Assembly (NCBI GenBank): GCA_951406725.2 | Contig: OX597814.1 | Coordinates: 217,186,001 to 217,250,000 of the forward strand | Length of the DNA: 64,000 bases | Source: Octopus vulgaris | Lineage: Eukaryota | Reading direction: 5' to 3' | Part shown: one piece after another, positions 1-12,290 of the stretch | How the letters are laid out: every line of letters starts with the position of its first letter | How positions within the stretch are numbered: position 1 is the stretch's first letter | Program-made: the position numbers and the translations under genes | The notes under the pieces: generated by a model | Told to the model about the DNA's origin: nothing | Databases searched by the model: none | Seen by the model: only the letters and a program-made list of their open reading frames with translations

Positions 1-857
1 CCAATACTCGGTCCCTTATATGTCTCTCCTTTTTGGTCGACATTTTTGAATCAGTTAATTCTGTTAACTTAGCATTACAAGGAAAGGACATCACCGTTGT
101 CCACTCTCATGAAAAAATGACTGCATTTAAAATGAAGCTTTGTTTGTGGCATTCTAAATTGGAATGTGAGAATTTTGCACCATTTCCGAACTTCAATACT
201 TTCCTTGACATAATGAAATAGCATGTCTTAATTCTTCGCGCTGAAATTACGCGCTGAAAAATACTTCTCCGACCTACAAAAAATACTTCTCCGACCTACA
301 AAACTTCGAAATAGTTCATCATTTCATCCCCAATCCCTTTGCAATCTCTGTTGTTGACCTTCCGTCAGAAGATTACATCATTCAAGAACAGTTCATCGAC
401 TTGCTGAATGATGGAGGTACAAAAAACGCCTTCCGTAACATGTGTTGTGTGAATTCTGGATTGAAATGACGCAGTCCTATCCGGATGTCACCAAATTGGC
501 CCTCAAATTCATCGTTCCGTTCGCAACACTGTACGAATGTGAGACGGATTTTGCGACTTTACTCACAATTAAAACAAAGGCTCGTAATAAATTGGGTGTT
601 GCGCATGACATTAGGGTTGCATTATCAAAAACGCAGCCTGATTTGGGGGACATATTACAGACCAAACATCCCTCTCATTGAAATTTTTTTTTATCAGTAA
701 ATTTTATCTCATGAAAAATTACTTTATACAAGTTCATTTTGCTTTGTTCGTCTTTGATTTTTTTTTTTCATTTTAAGGCAGGGATGAGGGTCTGCGAAGC
801 CGCGATGGGGAGGGGGGTCCGTAGGACGAAAATTTTGAAAAAATTTGGGAACCAAAG
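1..857 (+). mobile_element. 3' part of a decayed hAT (Buster/Charlie-type) DNA transposon
   Basis: ORF pieces DIFESVNSVNLALQG (33-221) and FWIEMTQSYPDVTKLALKFIVPFATLYECE...KTKARNKL...HPSH (442-681, hAT dimerisation domain); TIR-like end tttgggaaccaaag at ~844-857 followed by nnnTAnnn octamer gtctaacc. Confidence 0.85.
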
Positions 858-889
858 GTCTAACCAATTGAAAAAGGCATATCTTGTAT

Positions 890-1162
890 TTTTTATCTTT
901 TACTTGTCATTGAACTGCGGTTATGCTAGGGAACCTCTTGAAGAGCTTCGGCGAACAAATCAACCACAATACTTATTTTTTAACGCCAGTAACTTATACT
1001 ATCGGTTCTCTTTCGCCGAGCCGTTAATGTTATGGGGACGTAAACAAACCAATACCGGATGTCAAGCGATGAGAAGAAACAAACACAAGCAGAAACATAC
1101 ACATTTTCATTAATATTTAGAAGAAGTAACAGAGTGATTCAAGGTCCGAGAGTTTCGTGCGT

Positions 1163-1226
<64 letters not shown>

Positions 1227-1648
1227 CCAATTAAGGACTGAACACGAAAAGTGGACAGTCAACATGCTAGATATAGACGTCAAATCGCCATTCTCCACAA
1301 AAGATTATGTTCTCAAATCAATTGATTTGAGAACATAATCTTTTGTGGATATACGTCTATATCTATGTTGATATCCACTTTTCGTGTTCATCCTTATTGG
1401 TATATATAAATATTTTAATCTTCGGATTCTTTTAATATGCTAGACCACTGGTTTTAATTGATAAATATCAATTTCTACCCTTAATTATATATATATATAT
1501 ATATATGACGGCTTTCACAGTTTTCGTCTACTGAATTCACTCACAAGACATAATTTGGCTCGGGGTATAGCAGGTGGCGCAAAGTGGGACTGAATCCGAA
1601 ATCACGTGCTGCCAAGTTAGCTTCTATGCGATTCACAACTCTGGCGCA
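890..1648 (-). mobile_element. Diverged SINE family B copy split by insertions in its internal microsatellite
   Basis: 890-1100 matches the 3' half and 1506-1648 the 5' half of the intact copies at 41059 and 54922. Confidence 0.7.
1221..1408. repeat. Fold-back palindrome between (TA)n tracts
   Basis: Perfect 28-bp inner arms 1294-1321/1322-1349; imperfect outer arms out to tatatacc/ggtatata. Confidence 0.9.
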
Positions 1649-2059
1649 TTTCATTAAAGCTGTTTTGCTTTGTGCATGTTGTCGTTCTGTTGTGACTAAA
1701 TACAGTAAAAAGCCGTTTCACAACGGTTTTATAATTGAAAATGTAATAAAGCAGCTGAGCTTTCGTTTCTCTTTTTCTCACAATTTTTTTCTTAGATTTT
1801 TTTTTAACAACAGAAAATCTGTACCAGACGCAACTGACTAGAGTCATTATAAATAAATAAACACAAATTCTTAGATATAATCTCCCATTTTGTCTAATGT
1901 TCATTTTCTGATACGAATGGGATAAGAAAGAACAAATATTATCCTTGTATGTAAAACAGTTGCAAAACACTTGATGCCGAGGCAGACTGTTATCATCCTC
2001 CTCCTCCTCCTCCTCCTCCTCATCATCATCATCATCATCATCGTCGTCATCATCATCAT

Positions 2060-2278
2060 CATGGCAGCGTACTGGCAGAATCGTTAACATGCCGGACAAA
2101 ATGCTTACAAGTATTTCATCCGTCTTTATGTTCTGAGTTCAAATTCCGCCGAGATCGACTTTGCCTTTCATACTTTCGGGGATCGATAAATGAAGTACCA
2201 GTGAAACACTCCGGTCGATGTAATCGACTAATCTCCTCCCCACGAATTTGAGGTCTTGTGCCTTCAGTGGAAAGGATG
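2060..2278 (+). mobile_element. SINE family D (Meta-domain-like)
   Basis: ctggcagaatcgttaac...ctgagttcaaattccgccgag.tcgactttgcctttcat...gataaatgaagtaccag, as in copies at 49760 and 61095. Confidence 0.8.
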
Positions 2279-2462
2279 GTTATTATTATACTTCTATAAT
2301 GATAAATGCCAAAACGAATTTCTGTGTATCAGTGTGTCACACTTTGACCCCCTTCGCTCACTATTCAATGACACTTCCACTATTCCTCGTAATGGAGTGA
2401 GAGTAATCGTAGGCATAAAGACGGTTGTAGATTAACGGTTGTGATGGTAATGGAGTGATAGT

Positions 2463-2594
2463 AGAGTTAACTGGAGCAACGTGAAATAAAATGTCTTGCT
2501 CAAGAACACAACAGGCAGCCCGGTCCGGGAATCGAACTCACAACCTCACGATCATAAGCTCGACGCTCTAACCACTGAGCCATGCGCCTTCACC
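2463..2594 (-). mobile_element. SINE family C, head plus part of CORE-like body
   Basis: Near-identical to 17135-17262; A box tggctcagtggttag, B box gttcgattcc. Confidence 0.8.
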
Positions 2595-3298
2595 ATACAT
2601 ATATATACATACATACATATATATACACACACATATATATATATATATATACATATACATACATAAATATACATAAATATACATATATACACATATATGC
2701 ATATATATACGTATAAATACATATATACACATATAAATACATATATACACATACGTATATATATACACACATATATATATAAATACATATATACACATAC
2801 GTATATATATACACACGTATATATATATATATGTACATATATATATATATACATATATATATATACACACACACATATATACATATATACATATATATAC
2901 ATATATATATACATATATACATATACATATATATATACACACACACATATATACATATATACATATATATATATATATACATATATATATACACACACAC
3001 ATATATATATATATACATATATATATACACACACACATATATACATATATACATATATATATATATATACATATATATATACACACACACATATATATAT
3101 ATATATACATATACACACACACATATATACATATATATACATATACACACACACATATATACATATATATATACATATATATATATACACACACACACAT
3201 ATATATATATACATATATATATATACACACACACATATATATATATACATATATATATATATACACACACACATATATATATATACATATATATATAT

Positions 3299-3351
<53 letters not shown>

Positions 3352-3440
3352 TATATATATACATATATATATACACACACACAGACATATATATACATAT
3401 ATATATACACACACACACATATATATATACATATATATAT

Positions 3441-3491
<51 letters not shown>

Positions 3492-3534
3492 TATATATAC
3501 ATATATATATACACACACACACACATATATATAC

Positions 3535-3593
<59 letters not shown>

Positions 3594-3770
3594 CACGCAC
3601 GCACACATATATGTATGCATAAACACATACATACATACATACATACATACATAAACACATACATACATACATACATACATACATACATACATACGTACCT
3701 ACGTACACACATACCACAAACACACACACAAATATATACGAAAACACATACAATTTCCTCCCACATACAT
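2595..3770. repeat. Compound (TA)n/(CA)n/(TACA)n microsatellite
   Basis: Direct inspection; source of the 260-400 aa Y/I/H/T artefact ORFs. Confidence 0.97.
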
Positions 3771-4337
3771 ATCAAGACTGAAGAAAGGGTCTCTTGTTCC
3801 GTCCCCTTTTCTCTCTTGACTCAGCCTCTCCATCTCCTTCCTGCATGCAATATTTCGCAGCTGACTGCTCTTTATCTAAGGCATGTTTGTTCTCTCGATT
3901 TATTACTGACAGTCTGAGAGATCAGACGTTTAACGATTGACTCGAACCAATTCTGAAATTCGGAAGTTTCTCAGACGAATTTCCCCGACGCACATCCACG
4001 TTTAGGCCATTCCGATATTAACTTTCACAATACGGATACGGTTGCTGTAGTGGTGGTGGCAGTGTTAGTAGTGGTTATGATGGTGGGAGTGGTGAGATAA
4101 ACCTATGAACATTAAAGAAAGATCCACGGCAGAAAACAAAACGATAGTAAAACAAGGGAGGTCTAAGGGATAATAATTATTGTGTCTAACAGAGGTGCTA
4201 GGTTTCAAATTTAAGGGAGCAGTTAGACGATTAAATTGACCCCGGTACTTGACTGATACTCTATTTTTCCGGTTCCGGAAGGATAAAAGGCGATGCTGAC
4301 TTCGATGAGATATAACATCAGAATGTAAAGATAGACA

Positions 4338-4853
4338 CATCATCATCATCATTTAACGTCCAGTTTCCGTGCTAGCACGGGTTGGACGGTTCGACCGGGA
4401 TCTGGGAAGCCAGGAGGCTACACCAGGTTCCAGTCTGATCTGGCAGTGTTTCTACAGCTGGATGCCCTTCCTAACGCCAACCACTCCATGAGTGTAGTGG
4501 GTGCTTTTTACGTGCCACCGGCACAGGTGCCAGGGGAGGCACAGGTGCCAGGGCAGCGTCCACGATCGGTTGGTGCTTTTTACGTGTCACCGGCACAGAA
4601 GCCAGTCAAGGCGGCGCTGGCATCGGCCACGTTCGGATGGTGCTTTTTACGTGCCACCGGCACAGGTATCACAACTACAATTTCCATTTGATATTTATTT
4701 TGATGTCGATGTACTTGACTCAACAGGTCTCCTCAAGCACAGCAGGTCACGTGCCACCGACACAGAAGCCAGTCAAGGCGGCGCTGGCATCGGCCTCATT
4801 CGGATGGTGCTTTTTAGGTGCACAGGTATCACAACTACAATTTCCATTTGATA
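4338..4853 (-). mobile_element. 3' UTR fragment of the RTE LINE family found at 19727
   Basis: Reverse complement of 21830-22250, including (GAT)n tail and repeated gtgccggtggcacgtaaaaagcacc units. Confidence 0.85.
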
Positions 4854-4862
4854 CTATTATTT

Positions 4863-4952
4863 GAAGAAGAAGAAGAAGAAGAAGAAGAAGAAGAAGAAGA
4901 AGAAGAAGAAGAAGAAGAAGAAGAAGAAGAAGAAGAAAAAGAAGAAGAAGAA
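4863..4952. repeat. (GAA)n microsatellite
   Basis: Direct inspection. Confidence 0.97.
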
Positions 4953-5119
4953 TAGCAACAACAACAAGCCGAAGTAAATGGTGGAAATCGGTTGAAGGGT
5001 ATCAATGTAAAAGAGAACTAGATTAAAGTTTACGCAATGAGTGAAATTTTAAACAGCTGTGGCACCTTTTGAGTGTCAATATTAACTGAAGGTCGTCTTT
5101 TAATACTGGTTTTCAAAGT

Positions 5120-5295
5120 CCAGCAAGCTCGGGGAGGGGATAAGTGGATGTAATTGACACCAGTGTTCAATTGGTTCTTGTTTTATCGGCCCCGAAAGAT
5201 GAAAGGCAAAGTCGACCTCGGCGGAATTTGAACTAAGAACGTGAAAACGGATGAAGTACCAGCGTGCTAACGATTCTTCCAGCTTGCTGCCTTAC
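5120..5295 (-). mobile_element. SINE family D, diverged
   Basis: gatgaaaggcaaagtcgacctcggcggaatttgaact motif. Confidence 0.75.
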
Positions 5296-5729
5296 CGATT
5301 GTTGATATTAAAAGTAACTGAAAGAATGTTTAATATAAGAAACAATATAAACAAGTATATCCAACGAATGAGAATATTTTACTTTTCAGATAAATAAGTT
5401 CTAAGATATTTCATTTGAACAGTTCAGACTGGCTAATTGTATTTAATCTATTATATTTGTACATTTGATTGCTATATATAGAGGCGACATCCTTATCGGG
5501 CTTTATGTTAATATCAATGACTTGTCTTAACTGTAGTGGATTATGTAACAATCTCTGGTCCCTTCGGATTGACGGAATCCTTAGTTTGGCTGTTCTGATA
5601 ACATTTAAATGTATGTATGTATGTATGTATGTATGTATGTATGTATGTATGTATGGGCTCGCTATGGGCTCCGTGTGGGCAGGCATCTAAAAATTTTTGT
5701 GCATCTTGATGCTGACATAAGTTCCTTAC

Positions 5730-5812
5730 TTTTCCTGATGAGAAGGCGGCATAATGCACCCCTTATTCCTTCGAAATTAGGAATATGCAGCCTTCGAAAC
5801 ATATGTCGAAAA
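5730..5812 (+). ncRNA. Type I hammerhead ribozyme motif, canonical core
   Basis: Stem I uuuuc/gaaaa; CUGAUGA 5735-5741; stem II gaaggc-g-gcaua/uaugc-a-gccuuc; GAAA 5796-5799; palindromic stem III ACAUAUGU; GUC triplet 5805-5807. Confidence 0.85.
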
Positions 5813-5861
5813 TAAAATAAAGGAATTTTGTTAATTCGTCGCTCAACTCCATTCTTTCATT

Positions 5862-5864
<3 letters not shown>

Positions 5865-5893
<29 letters not shown>

Positions 5894-6712
5894 TGTATGT
5901 ATGTATGTATGTAGGTATGTATGCATGCATGTATGTATGTATGTATGTAGGTATGTATGTATGTATGTATGTAGGTATGTATGTAGGTATGTATGTATGT
6001 ATGTATGTATGTATGTATGTATGTATGTATGTATGTATGTATGTATGTATGTATGTATGTATGTATGTATGCATGTATGTATGTAGGTATGTATGTGTGT
6101 ATGTATGTACGTATGTATGTATGTAGGTAGGTATGTACGTATGTATGTATGTATGTAGGTATGTATGTAGGTATGTATGTATGTATGTATGTATGTATGT
6201 ATGTATGTATGTAGGTATGTATGTAGGTATGTATGTATGTATGTATGTATGTGTGTATGTATGTATGTATGTATGTATGTATGTATGTATGTATGTATGT
6301 ATGTATGTATGTATGTATGTATGTATGTATGTATGTATGTATGTATGTATGTATGTATGTATGTATGTATGTATGTATGTATGTATGTATGTATGTATGT
6401 ATGTATGTATGTATGTATGTATGTATGTATGTATGTATGTATGTATGTATGTATGTATGTATGTATGTATGTATGTTTGTATGTATGTATGTATGTATGT
6501 ATGTATGTATGTATGTATGTATGTATGTATGTATGTTTGTATGTATGTATGTATGTATGTATGTATGTATGTATGTATGTATGTATGTATGTTTGTATGT
6601 ATGTATGTATGTATGTGTATGTGTATTATGTATGTATGTATGTATGTATGTTTGTATGTGTGTATGCATGCGCGCGCGTGTATATGTGTTTGTGTGTGTG
6701 TGTGTGTGTGTG
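5865..6712. repeat. (TATG)n microsatellite ending in (TG)n
   Basis: Direct inspection. Confidence 0.97.
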
Positions 6713-6900
6713 TCTTTGTGTTTGTCCCCCACCACAACTTGACAAGCGGTGTTGGTTTGTATATGTCCCCCTACATATGTGTTAATGATTATCTTGACTC
6801 TGCTACGATATTAGATTAAGTCTCTTGACAAACTCATACAACCTGAAGATTTACCAATTTAAAATCTGGATTAACTAAATAAATAAAAAAAAAGATTATT

Positions 6901-7110
6901 GGCGCATGCATGGCTGTGTGGTTAAGAAACTCGCTTTGCAACGACGTAGTTTCGGGTTCAGTCCCACTGTGCGGCAAGTGTCTTCTACTAAAGTCTTGGG
7001 CCAACCAGTGCCTTGCGAGTGAATTTGGAACAATGTGGAAGCCATTCTTATACACATACGCACACACAAATATATGTATGTATGCATGTATGTATGTATG
7101 TATGTATGTA

Positions 7111-7154
<44 letters not shown>

Positions 7155-7375
7155 TGTTTTACCCTACTATTACTTGACATCTGGTGCTGGTTTATATATG
7201 TCCTTGTAAGCTATCGGTTCGGCAAATAAAAAAGAAAATACAAAAGAAAAAACCTGAGATAAAGTAAGTACCAGATTTATGAAAAAATACTGGTGGCGAT
7301 TTTTACCGACTAAAGCCTTGAAGTCGTTGCCACAGCATGGCCGTAGTCCAATGAGTGAAATATGAAAAAAGGAAA
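6901..7375 (+). mobile_element. SINE family B (tRNA-like head, internal microsatellite), diverged
   Basis: ggcgca...tggctgtgtggttaag...gggttcagtcccactg...gcaagtgtcttctact; internal (TATG)n(TG)n; cagcatggccg tail. Confidence 0.8.
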
Positions 7376-8723
7376 AAAGGACAACCAAATAAATAAACAA
7401 AAATGTTTAGTTTAAAATCAAATCCCAAAGCCCCTTTCATCTTTTTCTTTCATAGAGCAGCGAAATGCAAACAAACATTAGAATTACGACACTCATTCCC
7501 CAGTGAAAATCATGAATGTCATACCATTTGTCTCAGACTTCAAAATTTTGAGAACTTTTTGTCTAGTCAGTTAAAAAAAAACAAAAAAAAAACAACAACA
7601 TCGAAACAGAGGAAGAAAAATAAATAGTATGATAAGTAAAGAACAGAAGTCTGTCACTGAATGCCCTCTTTTCCTCCTCAGAAATATGTCACTGGTTCCC
7701 CTATCACCCAGTTTTTCTTACTAGTTGTACACCCTTCTTCTAGCTTATAAGCTACATTTATATAATAACGGTTTTTAGATTATTCTTTTTGTCAAGCATA
7801 CTTTTATTGCTTTTAAAACATTGGTGGAGGCAATTTTAACGGAAATAATGCACACGCATACACATATATTTGTGTATTTGTGTGTGTGCGTGTGATTGTG
7901 TGTGTGCATCCGTATAAATGAATGTATGCATACATATAATCTATCTATATATATAAAATCTACATTAAAAATCTGCGTGACTAAGTGTTTCTTGGCACTG
8001 TTTTTGAGATGAGAGAAAGTGTTTTTTACTTGTGTGTATGCATGTGTGGAGAAAGAGAGAATGAGAGAGAGTGAGAGAATGAGAGAGAGAGAGAGAGAGA
8101 GACAGAAAGAGAGGATGCTCTTGTGTATGTCTGTCAACAACTTACAATTAAAGAGAGAAAAATGTGAGACAATACAATGTCAGAAGAAAAAAAAATACAG
8201 GATAAAAGAAACAGATAGAATCAAGCCACATATTGCTGGATGGCTTTTTTACTTTTACTCTTTTCATTCAGCTGAGCAGTTTCATCTTGTGTAACAGCTT
8301 CGTAGGAGCAGACGACCCAAGGTCCTACACGTGGGATTACCATTAATATTATAAAGTTAATAGTTAAGCTATTTCTCATATTGTTGATGATCATAGTGAG
8401 TTTTGAAAGGCAACGACGGAGTGTGTTTGCGAAAAGCCTGTTAAAATAATCACCATAAATTTGGATCAAATTCTTTCTCTTCGATATCATATCTTGTAAC
8501 CCTTCCAAAGTATCATGTGGTTGTTATTGCTGCTATTGTTGTTTTTATTATTCAGTGGCGGGTGGAGAACATTTCTGTCTTAATGGACACATTTCTGAGA
8601 TAATGGAAGTTTGCGACGAGTTACTTACAGCAGATGTCGTAGCCGTATCAGAGACGAAGCGGAGTTCATATTGTTATACTTGCTTATTCAAGTTATTTAG
8701 AAAATGTGTTCATATAGTATAAT

Positions 8724-9108
8724 GGAGGCGCAATGGCCTATTGGTTAGGGCAGCGGACTCGCGGTCATAGGATCGCGGTTTCGATTCCCAGACCGGGCGT
8801 TGTGAGTGTTTATTGAGTGAAAACACCTAAAGCTCCACGAGGCTCCGGCAGGGGATGGTGGTGATCCCTGCTGTACTCTTTCACCACAACTTTCTCTCAC
8901 TCTTACTTCCTGTTTCTGTTGTACCTGTATTTCAAAGGGCCGGCCTTGTCACTCTCTGTGTCACGCTGAATATCCCCGAGAACTACGTTAAGGGTACACG
9001 TGTCTGTGGAGTGCTCAGCCACTTACACGTTAATTTCACGAGCAGGCTGTTCCGTTGATCGGATCAACCGGAACCCTCGTCGTCGTAACCGACGGAGTGC
9101 TTCCATCC
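8724..9108 (+). mobile_element. SINE family A, full length
   Basis: tRNA-like head ggaggcgcaatggcc...ggtttcgattccc; TSD agtataat 8716-8723/9109-9116. Confidence 0.92.
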
Positions 9109-9123
9109 AGTATAATACAAGGA

Positions 9124-9500
9124 GTTGTTGTTGTTGGCATCCTTTTGTCTCGGGAGTCTGGTATTTACATTTCATGTCTTCCCCAGTTTCCTCTTCAGTT
9201 TTGCGCAGGCCTGGGTTAGGTGTAAGAAAATCCTGGGTAGCCCAATCGTCAGGATTCCTCTCTCGACCTTGCTGACATAGTCCAAAGGAGTGCAGAGCAT
9301 TACGTTTGGTATCAGCTTGGTTGCAGGAACTGCCGGAAGAGTGTCAAGTTGAACACTAAACCGGTTACGGGGCTCCACTCCGGATTTCTTTGAAGGTTGT
9401 CTCTTTTCCGTAACCCTGGATAGGGTCCCATACCGGATACTGTCAGCCGGAGCCAGCTGAGCCCGAGACTCGTGTCAGGCAGGGTCATCACTCCCTGAAG
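9124..9500 (-). mobile_element. RTE-derived non-autonomous element (Ceph-domain/RTE 5'UTR-like)
   Basis: Minus strand cagttcctgcaaccaagctgataccaaacgtaatgctctgcactcctttggac recalls RTE 5'UTR sequence; ends ggatgcc(aac)n; recognised from memory only. Confidence 0.5.
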
Positions 9501-9522
9501 TAGTAAAGAAAATCGCTACCCA

Positions 9523-9567
<45 letters not shown>

Positions 9568-9631
9568 CACACACACAAACACCTGTACACGTGAGTAAAT
9601 ATGTGTGTATATATGTATGTATACCAGGAGT

Positions 9632-10188
9632 TTATGTCAGGTCACTTTCGAGTGCTACTGGTAACATGAAACCCATTACAACCTGTTGCATGGTCGGGTC
9701 GTCGGCGACTAAACCGGCAACCCCACCAAGCTTGCTTGGTGAGGAAGGTGTTTATTGGACACCCTGCGGGATGAAAAATAAAACCCGTCAAAGGGCGGAG
9801 GAACTCTTGAGAGTCAACGGCCATCCAATAAATATCTTAAGGATGCATCATGCGCGGGGACATAGAAATAATTGGACTGAATACCCGATTGTGCGGTTAA
9901 ACCATTGGAGGTGAAGGACTCCTAGCCTTTGTTAGGCCATCCTTCTAGAAGATGGTAACTCATGCAACTGGGATAAATCCGACATAAAACCTGCGGCTCA
10001 GTGGTTACCGATGATGTTGACTTTTTCTTCTTTTCGGATTAAGGCTGCTATTGCTTAGTGAGTGGGATTGACTCAGTGCACAGCTTTTCCTCACTTAAAA
10101 AAAAATCTTCTTGCACAGGCATTGCACGATAACAACATTGATTAAGCTTCACGCAATGGCCATACTCGATAACGAGGGGGCAGCCACC
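9632..10188 (+). mobile_element. 557-bp non-coding retroposon, probably RTE-related
   Basis: 11-bp TSD ataccaggagt 9621-9631/10189-10199; shares aaacca.tgga.gtga...ccatccttctagaaga with 35010-35065. Confidence 0.7.
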
Positions 10189-10461
10189 ATACCAGGAGTA
10201 GAAGTCGATAATTAGCATTTCATTACATTTGGGACAAGTTTACAACACTGTATTGTAGAAGATTCAATGAACTGAATCGACTACAGTGTTTTATTAAACT
10301 CGGGAATGATGAAAGACAAAAGCCAAAGTCGACTTCTGCAGAAGGGATGAATTAAATTAAATATTAAGATATTTAGCCCAATACTCAATCGTTTTTGTCA
10401 TTGTTCGATATCATATCCTACTTTGTGTATTAGCTTTTTTGATCCAAGTAAGCTCTGACTG

Positions 10462-10775
10462 TGTGGAGGCGCAACGGCCCAGTGGTTAGGACATCGGCCT
10501 CGCGGTCGGAGGATCGCGGTTTCGATTCCCAGACCGGGCGTTGTGTGTGTTTATTAAGCGAAAACACCTCAAAGCTCCACGATGCTCCGGCATGGGGTGG
10601 TGGCGACCCCTGTTGTACTCTTTCGCTACAACTTTCTCACTCTCTCTTCCTGTTTCTTGAGTAACGTTGCGATGGACTGGCTTCCCGTCCAGCTGGGGAG
10701 AACACATACGTCACAGAAACCGGGAATCCGGGCCCATGAGCCTGACTAAGCTTGAAAAGGGCGACGTTTTTTTTA
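10462..10775 (+). mobile_element. SINE with family A head but a different 3' half
   Basis: 12-bp TSD aagctctgactg 10450-10461/10776-10787; diverges from family A after cttcctgtttct. Confidence 0.85.
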
Positions 10776-11541
10776 AAGCTCTGACTGCGTATACATACAG
10801 CAATGACGTTCCAGATAAGACGACCGTTTAATCTTTCGTGTTAAGCCGTATTTAACACATTCGACTGCTTTCAGACGAAAAAAGACATTCCGCTACAGAG
10901 ATAGTTCTGTTCACTGCGGAGAAAATTCAATTCTTCCCTTAATATGCGTGAAAACATATTTTGAGCTGTGAATAGCGTCCTTGGATTGTAGGACACATGT
11001 GTTTCTGCGCCTTTTTTTCTGTTTTTTTTTTTTTTACTACGAACATCAATTCTGTCATTAACAACCCGATAAGAACGAGATTATTCTTATCAAAACAAAT
11101 ACGGTGCATTTGCTGATGTACGTAAAGGTTTGTTACTATTTCTGCAGCGAAATATCTTTTCACTCCCGAACATGTTAAATACAACTTTACACGAATATAT
11201 TTTATTCAACGCTGCTTCATTCGACATCATTTTTCAAATATTTGTTTCGAGCAGCGTATAGTGTGTCTAAGACCAACACATAAAGCCTCCTTCGTCGTCT
11301 CGTTCATGTACTTGTTTTATCATTGAATATTACTTACGGCCTGATCGACTTCAATCTATGCCTTATATGATAAATGTTTATTAACTTGCGCATTAAGGCG
11401 AGGGAAGACTGGATCGGAAGAACGTTAAGGAAAAAGAAACAATGTTTAGAACAGATTAAATTCTCGAGCAAAATGAGAGTCACTGTACAAATGAGGGCCA
11501 TTGTACAAATGAGGGCCATTGTACAAATCAACAGCATCAAT

Positions 11542-11931
11542 GGAAATGGAAGCACTCTGTCGGTTACGACGACGAGGGTTCCGGTTGATCCGAATCAACG
11601 GAACAGCCTGCTCGTGAAATTAACGTGTAAGTGGCTGAGCACTCCACAGACACGTGTACCCTTAACGCAGTTCTCGGGGATATTCAGCGTGACACAGAGA
11701 GTGACAAGGCCGGCCCTTTGAAATACAGGTACAACAGAAACAGGAAGTAAGAGTGAGAGAAAGTTGTGGTGAAAGAGTACAGCAGGGATCACCACCATCC
11801 CCTGCCGGAGCCTCGTGGAGCTTTTGGTGTTTTCGCTCAATAAACATTCACAACGCCCGGTCTGGGAATCGAAACCGCGATCCTATGACCGCGAGTCCGC
11901 TGCCTTAACCACTGGGCCATTGTGCCTCCAC
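11542..11931 (-). mobile_element. SINE family A, full length
   Basis: TSD acagcatcaat 11531-11541/11932-11942. Confidence 0.92.
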
Positions 11932-12084
11932 ACAGCATCAATATTGATAAGTGAAAATATATGTTAACTTCTTTTTTCTATAAGTATGCGATGCTCAGTT
12001 TCTTTTGATGAGAGAAGTGGTTGAGCTTGATTCCAAACCAGAGACTAACCTGAAGTTATATTTAGATACTCTGGCTATACTTAT

Positions 12085-12290
12085 TATTTCTTTATAGCCC
12101 ACAAGGACAAAGGGATTAAGTCGATTACATCGACCCCAGTGCGTAACTGGTACTTAATTTATCGACCCCCGAAAGGATGAAAGGCAAAGTCGACCTCGGC
12201 GGAATTTGAACTCAGAGCGTAACGACAGGCGAAATACGGCTACGCATTTCACCCGCGGGCGTGCTTACGTTTCTGCCAGCTCACCGCCTT
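12085..12290 (-). mobile_element. SINE family D
   Basis: Matches reverse complement of 61095-61325. Confidence 0.85.

Noticed and set aside
3775-3800. ctgaagaaagggtctc as a hammerhead
   Set aside because: No closing stem II or GAAA follows
2552-6819. Long ORFs of 200-400 aa ([12 protein letters not shown])
   Set aside because: Stop-free translations of microsatellites; the same applies to poly-I/L/Y/N ORFs elsewhere
8855-9058. Recurrent 67-aa ORF MVVIPAVLFHHNFLS... in several places
   Set aside because: Lies inside SINE family A; recurrence reflects copy identity and some copies are frameshifted
11484-11529. 18-bp tandem repeat tgtacaaatgagggccat x2.5
   Set aside because: Ordinary short tandem duplication
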